Of a DNA stretch of 64,000 nucleotides, positions 30,704 to 40,080 are shown one piece after another (position 1 is the first letter of the stretch; the number at the start of each line of letters is the position of its first letter). Location: assembly GCA_965222375.1 (NCBI GenBank), contig CBDCTZ010000016.1, forward strand, positions 1,472,001 to 1,536,000, given 5' to 3'. The notes below the pieces were generated by a model, which saw only the letters and a list, made by a program, of their open reading frames with translations, was not told the origin of the DNA and ran no database searches. Made by a program: the position numbers and the translations under genes. The DNA comes from Polyangiaceae bacterium. Its GTDB lineage: Bacteria > Myxococcota_A > Polyangia > Polyangiales > Polyangiaceae.

Positions 30704-31134
30704 CGACACGGAACATCTTGGTCTTGTGAGGCCTCGGCAACTGGAAGGCTTCCATTAACCGCCAAGGCGCCAAGGCCGCCTTTCCGTTCGGAAGCACGGC
30801 TTGGCACCCGACGTGGTCATGATTCAACACATCTCTGTGCGTTGGCGGCGGACTCTCTGTTTGGGGGAAGCTGCACCGCAGCTGGACCGGCTGGGTTGGT
30901 CGTTAGTGGTTTTGGGGGGATGTGCCGGAAGCTGCCGTCATCGACGGTTCGGCGCGGTGCGCGGTGGCGCGTCACCTGCCCGGCAACCGGTTGGAACTCC
31001 CTTGCGCCGGTCGTCGGTCTGCGCGTGTTGTTACGCCCGTGGAGCACGCGGTGCCTTCGCGGCAGGGGCCAGAGAGGGGGCCGCCGCAGCGGGGGCGGCG
31101 GCGGCAGACTCAGGTCGTTCTGCAGAAACCCCGG

Positions 31135-32811
31135 CTACGGGACCAGGATTGTAAGCGCCTTCCGCACGAGGACAACCAAGTGTTCGGCGCCTTGGCTGCG
31201 AGTATCGCCTCGCCTCGCCAGCGCAGCCACGGCCTTCTTCGACTCTGCGCGCCGAAAGCCCATGTTCGTCAGCGCGCGCAGAAGCTTGGATTCCACCTCA
31301 GCCGAGTTCACGCGCGCTTGGCCACGCACTGCGCCACTCGGCAACACCTCCGACCTCAGGTCGCCAGCTCCGCCGGCCACGTGACAGAGAGAACTGAGCG
31401 ACTCACAGGCGCAGAGTTCACGAGCGTCGTCCACGTGGCAACTAGGTGCGTCGCGTGACGCGGCTTCGTCGGAATCACTTGGACGGCAGCCCAGCGCGTC
31501 GCGTGCCGCGGATTCGTCGGCGCTACTCGGGCGAGAGTTCAGCCGGTCAATTTCCGCGGGTAGGTGGGCGGTACTTGGACGACAGCTCAGGGCTTCGACT
31601 GACGCGGGTGGGTAAGCGTCGCCCCCGACACTGGTTTGCTTAGGCGCGCGGGGTGATTCGCAGTCCAACCTCTGCTGGCGAAGGCGAATTGCGCCTCGCA
31701 CGGAATCTAGTTCGGCCGCCTCGTCGACGCCTGCGCCTCCGCCACAGTTGTCATCAGGCGCGCGGGGTGATTCGCAGTCCAACCTCTGCTGGCGAAGGCG
31801 AATTCTACTGTCGATGTACTTTCGTCCGAAGACCTTTTCGGCTTCGAACAAGTTGTGCGGGCCGCATAGCAGACGCCCATTGCACGTCGTGCCAGCGCCA
31901 CCACAGGCGCGCGGGGTCCAATGGTCGAGTTGCACAAACGCGCGCGCTCGGCAGCGCTCTGCGCTTGGCGACACGTAGCTGCACTGCTCGCCATCGCGCT
32001 CGTAGATTTCCCTGCGGGCCTGGCGGGAGAAGTCGCCGTGCTTGGTGCCTTTGGAGTTCCGCGGGCGCTTGGTCTTGCCGAGCTTCTTCTTCTCTAGATC
32101 TGCCAGCACTAGGTCGAGTCCCCGCTCGATGACCGTCGCCAAGTCTCGCTTTGGATTCGAGTGGCTCATCAAGTCGCGGGCGCGCTCGAGTTTGTCCTTG
32201 AGGGCGCTGCCGGCGGAAAACTGGACGACGAAGCGCTGTGCGGAAAGTGGTGACACGCGGGATTTCGGTTCCGCCGGTCGCTGCAGCGCCGGGCCCGCTG
32301 CTTGCACAGCCGACGCGGTGCAGGAAGCGGAATCGCCCGCTAGGACGCTCTGGGCCGGCAAGGCGCAGATCCTGTCCGGCACGTCCTTCTTTGGGAAATA
32401 CGAGCGGATCAGCAACTCGACCTCGGCTTTGCTCTTGCCGCAGGCTTGTGCGAGCAACTCGGCGTAGTTCTCGGGCCTGAGATGCTTTTGCAGCATGCTG
32501 AGCGCCGTCACGTGGATCCGCCCCTTTCGCAGCAGATCCAGGACCACCGGATAACTGCGCGCGACCCGCGCTGCCGCAAGGTGCCGATGAGCGCTGCCCT
32601 CGCTGAGCCGCAGCTTGCGGCAGCAGAACTCGTACATGGAGGAACACGCCTCCCTCAGCTCCAATCGCCGTGCTTCCACCTCGCCGAGGTAGGCCACGAG
32701 CTCCGCAGTGACTCTGCGCCGCGAGCCAATCACGCCGCCTAGATTTGCCAGGACTTCATCGTCCGAAAGCTGATCCATGTGCTTCGAAATACTCGACGAG
32801 TTGAGTTTCAT
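31135..32811 (-). CDS. DUF222-like HNH endonuclease protein, probable mobile element ORF
   Basis: LVAYLGEVEARRL...SMYEFC...LSEGSA N-terminus; ERDGEQC...C..LDH..PRACGG...NGRLLCGPHN HNH; RuvA-C-like tail (RALTNMGF...VRKAL). Confidence 0.8.
   Translation of the reverse strand: MKLNSSSISKHMDQLSDDEVLANLGGVIGSRRRVTAELVAYLGEVEARRLELREACSSMYEFCCRKLRLSEGSAHRHLAAARVARSYPVVLDLLRKGRIHVTALSMLQKHLRPENYAELLAQACGKSKAEVELLIRSYFPKKDVPDRICALPAQSVLAGDSASCTASAVQAAGPALQRPAEPKSRVSPLSAQRFVVQFSAGSALKDKLERARDLMSHSNPKRDLATVIERGLDLVLADLEKKKLGKTKRPRNSKGTKHGDFSRQARREIYERDGEQCSYVSPSAERCRARAFVQLDHWTPRACGGAGTTCNGRLLCGPHNLFEAEKVFGRKYIDSRIRLRQQRLDCESPRAPDDNCGGGAGVDEAAELDSVRGAIRLRQQRLDCESPRAPKQTSVGGDAYPPASVEALSCRPSTAHLPAEIDRLNSRPSSADESAARDALGCRPSDSDEAASRDAPSCHVDDARELCACESLSSLCHVAGGAGDLRSEVLPSGAVRGQARVNSAEVESKLLRALTNMGFRRAESKKAVAALARRGDTRSQGAEHLVVLVRKALTILVP
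31646..31805. repeat. Internal ~48-bp direct repeat in the HNH gene (2 copies, period 114)
   Basis: aggcgcgcggggtgattcgcagtccaacctctgctggcgaaggcgaatt near 31642-31690 and 31756-31804, encoding IRLRQQRLDCESPRAP twice. Confidence 0.85.
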
Positions 32812-33215
32812 ACCTACTTGCCTAGCACGCGTTTATTTGGCTTCTTGGCTGACACGCTGCGAGGCGAACGCGTGGCCAGTCGCCGCGCGCGCCCTCTCGC
32901 CGCTGAAACCGCACCCGCGAGTCACACACGCGCTGCGCGCCTGCACAAATCGCCGCGCTGGCGTTTGACGCGCGCGTGCGTGCGGAAACCTGTCAACAAG
33001 ATTCGTGAAAGAAATGCGAGGCGCTGTGCTCACGCCCCCGCGCTCTTTTCCCGACACCCGCGGCGCCGGCGCCCCGGCGGAGGTGCGGACGTGGCGGGCC
33101 CCCAAAGGCCCGCCCGCACCGAAGCCCCTGCCAGTCGAGACGACGCCAACCGCCGGCGCGTTTTTCCGCAACTCAGCATCGCGCTCGCCCGACAAGTTGT
33201 CCCACCCGGGGTGGC

Positions 33216-34616
33216 TCATGATTGATCAGATCTCAACAGGGCTTGTGCGAACTGGAAGCCGATCTCGTAGTCGAGGAGTTTGAAGTATCCGCGACCGAGA
33301 GTCTGCCAACCCGGCAGTCCGTTGTTTCTGAGGTGGCCACCCACCCGGGCGACTGCGTAGAGCGCTTCTTGCACTGTCTGTGGGAGTGAGGGCAGCTTCA
33401 GTTTCAGTTGCAGTAGCTGCAGCTGTATCGGGGTCAGGACTGCTCGCGCCGGGAGTTCTGGCGCTTCGCGCACGAGCGAGCGCATCAGAAGCAAGCGCCA
33501 AGCGACGGGAAGGAACACCGCCAGGGCGTTGCTCAGCGCGTGGTAGGACTCGAGTTGCCGTTTCTCGAGGGAGCAACCCTGCTTGAGGGTCTTGAAGAAT
33601 TCCTCGATGACCCATCGGCTGCGATAGGTGTCGACCACTCGTTCGATGTCCTCGTCGGTGTCGATCGCTTCCGTGGTCAGAAGCACCCACTCGACGGGGG
33701 GCTCGTTCTCTGCTGGGCTCGGCTCCCAGACGCGCACCACGTTCAGCTCGATGGCGGCAGGACCCGTGCGGCATCCCTGAGGCCGTAGGACAGTGACCGT
33801 TCTTGCCGCCATCGCGACTTCTACCTCTCGAGCATTGCGTGGAGGATGCGTCTTGGCGGAGCGAGTCATGCAGGTTTCCGGCCGCTTTGAGATGAAGATC
33901 TTCCGAAAAACACGGGGCTCGAGCTGTTCCACCGCGGCTCGCAGACGGACGATGTCGTCGTCGTCATCCGTGGCTCGGTCCTGTGAGGACCGGATCACGA
34001 ATCGAGCACCGAGTTCTTGCGCCTTCGCAATCACTTCGTAGATGTCCGCTTCACGGTCCATCACGTGCACGACCTCGGCGCCTGCACAGCGGACATGGAC
34101 TGTCTCGAGCATCGCGGGCCAGCGCAAAGACTCCCTCTCCGAGTCCTCGCGCTTGTCCCGTGAGTGACGTCCCCGCCCGCCCTTGTGCTCGGTTCTGGCC
34201 CAGTGGCGCAGGTCGAGCACGCCAAGGGGAACACGCGATTCGCCGGGCAGTACCGCCAGGGCAGTGTGAGCGAAGAACCCCTGCGCCTTGCTCGATGTCG
34301 GCCCCAACCCGGCCCGTTTGCTCTTGCCTCCTACGGTCACCTCAGTGGTGTCATGCACTACCAGGCACGGACCCGCCGCCTTTACCCGCTCCACCGTCGC
34401 ACGAATGTGCGGCGCCAACACCTGCTTGGGCTTCACCTGCTCGTTGCGCAGGAATCGATACACACCCTCCAACTCAGATGCTGTGCTGGTGGCTCTCGGA
34501 AACCCGGCGTCCGGTGCCGCCATCACGGTTTCCGCCAACCACAAAAGCCGCTTCGAACGACGCCGATCCCCCAGCTTTGCCCCGCAAAACTCCACAGATA
34601 TCGGCTGGCCTCGCAC
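33216..34616 (-). mobile_element. IS4 family (IS50/Tn5-like) transposase
   Basis: LGDRRRSKRL DNA-binding N-terminus; VHDTT, VMDREADIYE, WVLLT, YRSRWVIEEFFKTLK (YREK), PGWQTLGRG. Confidence 0.93.
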
Positions 34617-34651
34617 TTCGGAGTCTCTTCGTAACTCGCGGCTGGAGCGCG

Positions 34652-36532
34652 TTACTTCGCGGGTGCCTCGGCCTCGCGGTGCAAGATCGTGCCGTCCCAG
34701 CCGGTGACGAAGGCGTCACTTCCGGCAGTCCACACCGCTGTCGCTACGATGCCGGCGCTCGCCGTGGACTTGCGCCAACGCTTGCCGTCGTAGTGCAGGA
34801 TGAGCCCACCATTGCCCACGGCCCAGACGTCCGTGGGGCCGGTGCCCCACACGCCGTGCAATATCGCGTTCTTCTTCGCCAAGGCCTCGAGACCGGCCCC
34901 AATGGGCTTCCACTGCTTTCCGTCGAAGTAAAGCGCCGTGGCGCCGTGTCCGACCGCGAAGGCGTGCTTTGGCCCGCTGCCCCACACGGCAGTCAAGTGC
35001 TGGTTGGTGCCGCTGGGTAGGCTCTTCCAGCTGCTCCCATCGTGATGGATGACCGTTCCGGCGGTTCCCACAGCGATCGCGTGCTTTGGCTGATGCAGCC
35101 ATACTCCGTTCAGCCACTCTCGGGTCCCAGCCGACTCGGGCTTCCACGCCTTGCCATCGAAGCGGAGTACGGTTCCGCCTCGTCCTACGGCGATCGCCGA
35201 AGACGGGCTCAGGGCACTCACGGCGGAAAGCGGCTTCTTCACCCCGCTGTCAACGGAACGCCACTTCGCGCCGTCGTAGTGCAACATCAACCCGGCCAGA
35301 CCGACAGCGTGTATGTCCTTCGGCCCGCTCCCGCCCAGCCCCGCGATGTACTCCCGGGTGGGGGAGGCGTGCTTCCGAAACGCCTTGCCGTCGTAGTGGA
35401 TCAAAGTTCCGTGACGACCCGCAAACCACACATCCGTCGCGCTGCTCCCCCAGGTCGCGAGCATCCGCGAGTTCGTGGGGCTCGGGTAGCCCTTCCACTT
35501 TCCGGATTCCCGGCGAAGCAAGAAGCCACCGACCCCGGCCGCTGTGACCTCCCCGGATTCGGACTGCCAAATGGCCTTGAGTTGGCCCGACGGCAGTCGC
35601 CCGGGAACGGACCAGCGCCCTCCGTCGAAATGCGCCAACACCCCATAGTCCCCGGCGGTCCAGATGCTCTTCTTGCCGCGGCCAGCAATGCCACGCCGGG
35701 TTTCCCCGGTCCCGCCAGCCTCCGCTTTCCAGTTCTTGCCGTCGTAGCGGTAAAGGGGCGTTCCGGGGGTGCCGACTGCGAACACACGCGTCGGGCTGCT
35801 GCCCCACACCGCTCTCAAATAGGGCGTGCCGGCGATGGTTTTGGCAGCCCACTTGTCGCCTACCCCATGCACCACGACGCCGTTTCGCCCAACCGCGAAA
35901 GTGTGGTCGCCTTGCCCCCAGACACCCTTGAGCTCGCTCTTCGTGCCTGACTCCTTGGCTGCGCAGGCATTGGGCGAACACACGGCGACCAAGCCCTCCT
36001 TGCCCACGACCACGGCCCGTTCGGGGCTTTCGACCCAGATCCCGGTCAGCTTGTGCGGCAGGCCTGCACCAATGCGCTGCCAACGCTTGCCGTCGAAGCG
36101 CAGCACGCTGCGGCTTCCCGCTGCCCATATGTTCGTGTCACTGGTTCCCGAAACCGCGCCCAGCTCGACGTTGGTTCCACTCTGCTCTAGCGACCAGACA
36201 CGACCGTCATGGCGCAAGATGGTGCCGTTCTTGCCGACCGCCCAAGTCTGGGAACCTGCTCCCCATACACCGTTGATACCGTTGGCCTGGGGCAATGGAC
36301 TCTTCCAGCACCAACCGTCTTCCAGGCATAGCGGTGGGTTGTCGGTGTTGGCGACTTCAATCAGCGGAGTGTTCGCTGCCGGCGCAGTCCCCATTGCCGC
36401 GGGGGATGAAGCTGACGCTGCGGCCGCCGCCGAGGCCGAGGTGGCTGTCGGAGCCGGCTTCTTGGGCTGACTGCGACACCCGATGGCGAGCAATGCGGCA
36501 CAAGCGGCCGTCCTTCGCAGAGCCCGCGTCAT
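34652..36532 (-). CDS. Lipoprotein with repeated beta-propeller (BNR/WD40-like) units
   Basis: Lipobox AIGC; about 13 repeats of L.gVWGs....vwAVG..G.il.yDG..W. Confidence 0.82.
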   Translation of the reverse strand: MTRALRRTAACAALLAIGCRSQPKKPAPTATSASAAAAASASSPAAMGTAPAANTPLIEVANTDNPPLCLEDGWCWKSPLPQANGINGVWGAGSQTWAVGKNGTILRHDGRVWSLEQSGTNVELGAVSGTSDTNIWAAGSRSVLRFDGKRWQRIGAGLPHKLTGIWVESPERAVVVGKEGLVAVCSPNACAAKESGTKSELKGVWGQGDHTFAVGRNGVVVHGVGDKWAAKTIAGTPYLRAVWGSSPTRVFAVGTPGTPLYRYDGKNWKAEAGGTGETRRGIAGRGKKSIWTAGDYGVLAHFDGGRWSVPGRLPSGQLKAIWQSESGEVTAAGVGGFLLRRESGKWKGYPSPTNSRMLATWGSSATDVWFAGRHGTLIHYDGKAFRKHASPTREYIAGLGGSGPKDIHAVGLAGLMLHYDGAKWRSVDSGVKKPLSAVSALSPSSAIAVGRGGTVLRFDGKAWKPESAGTREWLNGVWLHQPKHAIAVGTAGTVIHHDGSSWKSLPSGTNQHLTAVWGSGPKHAFAVGHGATALYFDGKQWKPIGAGLEALAKKNAILHGVWGTGPTDVWAVGNGGLILHYDGKRWRKSTASAGIVATAVWTAGSDAFVTGWDGTILHREAEAPAK

Positions 36533-36563
36533 CGAGTGCTTGAAACTGTTCAGTCAGGCCGAC

Positions 36564-38066
36564 TCAGCGAACTGGGACGTCGTCGGCACAGCAGCCTTCT
36601 TTGCAGACCTTGCCGGCTGCGCAAGCCGGCAGACCCGGGCCGCAGGCCTGAATGCCGTCGGGACAGTTTCCGACGTCGTCCTGCAAATCGCCGCCGCCGA
36701 GCTCGAACAGGTACTTGCCTGAAGCCGCCCAGAAGTGGTTGAGGGCGCCGAAGCCGAAGCCCTCGACCGCGGACGAGGTGGCGTCGTTGTACTCGAACAG
36801 CGCAGCCTGCTCCCAGCCCGTAGCTTTGCGGATGTACTGGCCGATGAAGTCGGAGGTCATGTCACTGACGTAAACGAACTGCTCGCCGGTTTTCGGTGAA
36901 ACCACGACGTCGAGGCCATCCATGTGGCTACCCGCGAGATCCGGATACACGAACTCGAGCACCCAGGCCTTCGTGGGCTCGTGGAAAGAGTACACCTTGC
37001 GGGGCTTGCTCTCGTTGCCGGCGTACCAGCGCTGCTCCCAGTGCCCGTAGCCCAGGAAGGACATGGCCTTCGTGTTCGTGGGCTGAACCACGACCTGTGT
37101 GGCTTTCGTGTTGAAGATGTACTCAGTGATGCTGCCGTTGCGCGTGGGCCCGAGGGAAAACACGCGATCATTCGACCACGCGTACAAGGAGGTCGTGGAC
37201 GCCTGCGCCGTGGGCGCATTGTCGGCAGACTTCGTGTACGTCTTGACCAGTTCCAGCGTCCGCTGCTCCATTGGACCTTGCGCCTTGGGATTGTCGGGGT
37301 GCTGGTTCGGCTGCAGTGAGCCGTTGTTGTCCGAGTCGTGCAAGGTGACCTTGTACACGTCAATGTACTGCCCGGTGCGGTTGACGTAGATGTAGTCCCC
37401 GAAAGAGGTGACGTCGTAGCCTCCCTTGAAGGCGCTGTTTCCCGACTCGAACACCGCGTATTGATAGTATTTGCCGGTTGGCGTCGTCGTGCCGATCGGT
37501 TGCGCCGTCACGCAGGTGCCCGTACTAGCGTCGCACTTTTGTGCCGAGAACGGGTCACAAGTGGTTGACGGGGTCTTCGGGACCCACTTCGAGGGCGGCC
37601 CTGGGTCGCATTGCCGGATGGTGTTGCCGTAGCAGTTGAACTCCCCTGCGGTGCACCCGCTCTTGCACGTGTTCGTGAAGCTGCATCCGAACTCACACTG
37701 AGTCGGCTTGCCCCATTCTCCGGTGTTGTCGCAGGTCTCCAGCAGATCGACCGTGCACTTGGTCGCGCCCGGCTTGCAGGTGCCGACGCAGGTGCCACTG
37801 CTACACAGGAAGGGACACTCGGTTCCGCTCTGCCATCCGGTTGCGCCACAGGTCTGCGGAACGTTGCCGCTGCACTGCTTGGCGCCGGGCGTGCAGTTCA
37901 CGTCGATGATCTTGCCGCCACCGCCGCCGGCGCCCGTCCCCGAGTCGTTGCCTGACTTGCCACCGGTTTGAAAACCGTTGTCCGATACGCCACCACCGTC
38001 TGTACCGCACGCGCTGAGCGCAAAAAGGCCAGACGCAACAAAGGAATAACCGATGAGCTTTTTCAT
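36564..38066 (-). CDS. Cys-rich lipoprotein with putative beta-propeller C-terminal region
   Basis: GGAGG then ATG; lipobox LSAC; Gly linker; CTPGAKQC/CKPGATKC repeats. Confidence 0.75.
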   Translation of the reverse strand: MKKLIGYSFVASGLFALSACGTDGGGVSDNGFQTGGKSGNDSGTGAGGGGGKIIDVNCTPGAKQCSGNVPQTCGATGWQSGTECPFLCSSGTCVGTCKPGATKCTVDLLETCDNTGEWGKPTQCEFGCSFTNTCKSGCTAGEFNCYGNTIRQCDPGPPSKWVPKTPSTTCDPFSAQKCDASTGTCVTAQPIGTTTPTGKYYQYAVFESGNSAFKGGYDVTSFGDYIYVNRTGQYIDVYKVTLHDSDNNGSLQPNQHPDNPKAQGPMEQRTLELVKTYTKSADNAPTAQASTTSLYAWSNDRVFSLGPTRNGSITEYIFNTKATQVVVQPTNTKAMSFLGYGHWEQRWYAGNESKPRKVYSFHEPTKAWVLEFVYPDLAGSHMDGLDVVVSPKTGEQFVYVSDMTSDFIGQYIRKATGWEQAALFEYNDATSSAVEGFGFGALNHFWAASGKYLFELGGGDLQDDVGNCPDGIQACGPGLPACAAGKVCKEGCCADDVPVR

Positions 38067-38172
38067 GAAGCCTCCGCCGAAGGCGGTAATCTAGCACGGG
38101 AAGGTCGATAGGCCCCATTTAGGCCCAGAAAAAGCAGGTTCCATCGGGGAAGCAGAGCCCTTAGCCTCTCCG

Positions 38173-38382
38173 GTGATGCTCCACCGTGGCTTGATCGCGC
38201 TTTTCCTGGTCTGGGGCGCCGCTGGGTGCACGCAGATAGCGGCCTACGAGCGAGGCCGCTTGGCCCATCCGACCATGGCCTCCGAGGAGGATTTCGGAGC
38301 TGGCAGAGCGCATCTTTACGCGGTCCAGGAGGGCGCTGCTGGAGGCAGTGTCACACGCGCCAGTGGCTGCGGTTGCAACTAG
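38173..38382 (+). CDS. DUF4266 family small lipoprotein
   Basis: AAGC lipobox; YERGRLAHPTM; C-terminal EGAAGG....SGCGCN. Confidence 0.85.
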   Translation: MMLHRGLIALFLVWGAAGCTQIAAYERGRLAHPTMASEEDFGAGRAHLYAVQEGAAGGSVTRASGCGCN

Positions 38383-38434
38383 CTCCGAGTGCGTCCATTT
38401 CGCCATGCCCGCCCAGTTTGCGAAGGTCCGAGCC

Positions 38435-39592
38435 ATGTGGGCGCGCCAGCTAGTTGCCGCGGTAGGAAGTGTCCTTCTGTGTGCCTCGACGGTCCGGGCG
38501 GATGTCGATCCCACGCGCTGGGATGGGGGCGCCGAGTTCAGCGCCTACACTGACACCGATCATGTCACTGTTTTCACTCCTGCACTCCAGGCCGCCGCGC
38601 GCACGGGGTCGGGTTGGTCTGCCAGCGGCCGCTATCTGGTCGATGTCGTCTCGGCCGCATCCGTGGACATCGTTTCCACGGCCAGCCCGCGTTGGAACGA
38701 GGTACGCCACGCGGTCGATCTCGGCGTTGGCTACGAGACAGGGGACTTCTCCGTCCGCGTGAAGGGCGCCGCATCCCTCGAGCCGGACTACGTGTCTTGG
38801 CTGGCAGGCGCAGAGGGCTCCTATGCGCTGAGCAACAAGCAAGCACTGCTCTCCCTGGGATACAATTTCCGACGCGATATCGCTGGGCGTACCGGGACGC
38901 CGTTTTCCGAGTTTGCCCTTCGTTCCTCGCATCATGGAATCAGCGCCAGCGTCGAGTTGGTGCTCGACCGCGCCACCACGCTGACCCCGGGCATCGATGT
39001 GATGATCGAGTTTGGCCGACAAGAGAAGCCGTACCGATTCCTTCCGCTCTTCGATCCGGATGTTGCGCTCCGAGTTCCTCCGGGTGCTTCCGTGGAGTTG
39101 GTCAACCGGTTGCGCCTGCCGGGTCGTACGGTAGAGCGCCTGCCCGATCGGCGCCGGCGAGTCGCGGCGAGCGTGCGCCTGGCGCACCGCTTCAGCAGCT
39201 CCACGCTTCGGCTGTGGGAGCGTGTCTATGTGGACGGTTGGGGAATGCTCTCCACCACCACCGACGCGCGCTGGATCTTCGATGTTGCACCCCGCGTCAC
39301 GCTGTGGCCAGCAGCGCGGCTGCACAACCAATCCGCCGTGACCTTTTGGCGACGCGCCTACGTGGGGCGCTTTCAAGATGGTCGCGTGGATGCGCCGTCC
39401 TTCCGCACCGGCGACCGCGAGCTTGCTCGCTTGTGGACGGCGACCCTCGGCGCCGGAGTGGGCTTCCAGCCAGCCGACAGCGTCCGTCTCAGCCTGCAAA
39501 TCGACGCTGCATACACCGAGTTCCCGAACACGCTATACATCGACCATCGCTGGGCGGGGTTCGCCGTGGCAGGCTGTGGCGTGAGGTTCTGA
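38435..39592 (+). CDS. DUF3570 family protein (probable outer-membrane beta-barrel)
   Basis: YTDTDHVTV..P, YLVDVVSAASVDIVSTAS, EPDYVS, ERLPDRR.R, YVDGWG, TGDREL; terminal Phe; alternative start 38405. Confidence 0.82.
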   Translation: MWARQLVAAVGSVLLCASTVRADVDPTRWDGGAEFSAYTDTDHVTVFTPALQAAARTGSGWSASGRYLVDVVSAASVDIVSTASPRWNEVRHAVDLGVGYETGDFSVRVKGAASLEPDYVSWLAGAEGSYALSNKQALLSLGYNFRRDIAGRTGTPFSEFALRSSHHGISASVELVLDRATTLTPGIDVMIEFGRQEKPYRFLPLFDPDVALRVPPGASVELVNRLRLPGRTVERLPDRRRRVAASVRLAHRFSSSTLRLWERVYVDGWGMLSTTTDARWIFDVAPRVTLWPAARLHNQSAVTFWRRAYVGRFQDGRVDAPSFRTGDRELARLWTATLGAGVGFQPADSVRLSLQIDAAYTEFPNTLYIDHRWAGFAVAGCGVRF

Positions 39593-40080
39593 TGCGACGT
39601 GGGTCAGGGTGGTTCGGGCTGATTGCCGTCGCCGTTGCGGCGGGTTGCACGGACCCGGTCGCCGAACAACGCGTCGACTCCTTGGGCCCCGAACCGGGCA
39701 GTTACCCCCAGGGGCCCAACCACCGGCCAGGGCAGCCCTGCACTTGGTGTCACGGTGAAGGGGGAGGTGAAGAGCCCTTCGACTTGGCGGGGACCGTGTT
39801 CTTGCGAGCCGGGTCCAAGCAGCCAGCGCCTTCGGTTCGCGTGCGGATATTCGATCGCCAAGGTCGTGAGCGTTCGAAAGTGACCAGCGAGTCCGGCAAC
39901 TTCTTCTTCTCGGAGGGGGAGCTCGGGCTCGACTATCCGCTTTGGGTGAAGATCGAGGGTGGCGGCCAGGTGCGCTCCATGCGCACGCCCATCTACCGCG
40001 AGAGCTCGTGTGCCGGTTGCCATGGGATCCCCGCGAGCCCCAGCAGTGCCGGCGTCGTGTACTTGGAGGAAGACCCGTGA
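39592..40080 (+). CDS. Diheme c-type cytochrome lipoprotein
   Basis: Lipobox AAGC; HRPGQPCTWCH and SCAGCH; start overlaps the DUF3570 stop. Confidence 0.78.
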   Translation: MRRGSGWFGLIAVAVAAGCTDPVAEQRVDSLGPEPGSYPQGPNHRPGQPCTWCHGEGGGEEPFDLAGTVFLRAGSKQPAPSVRVRIFDRQGRERSKVTSESGNFFFSEGELGLDYPLWVKIEGGGQVRSMRTPIYRESSCAGCHGIPASPSSAGVVYLEEDP

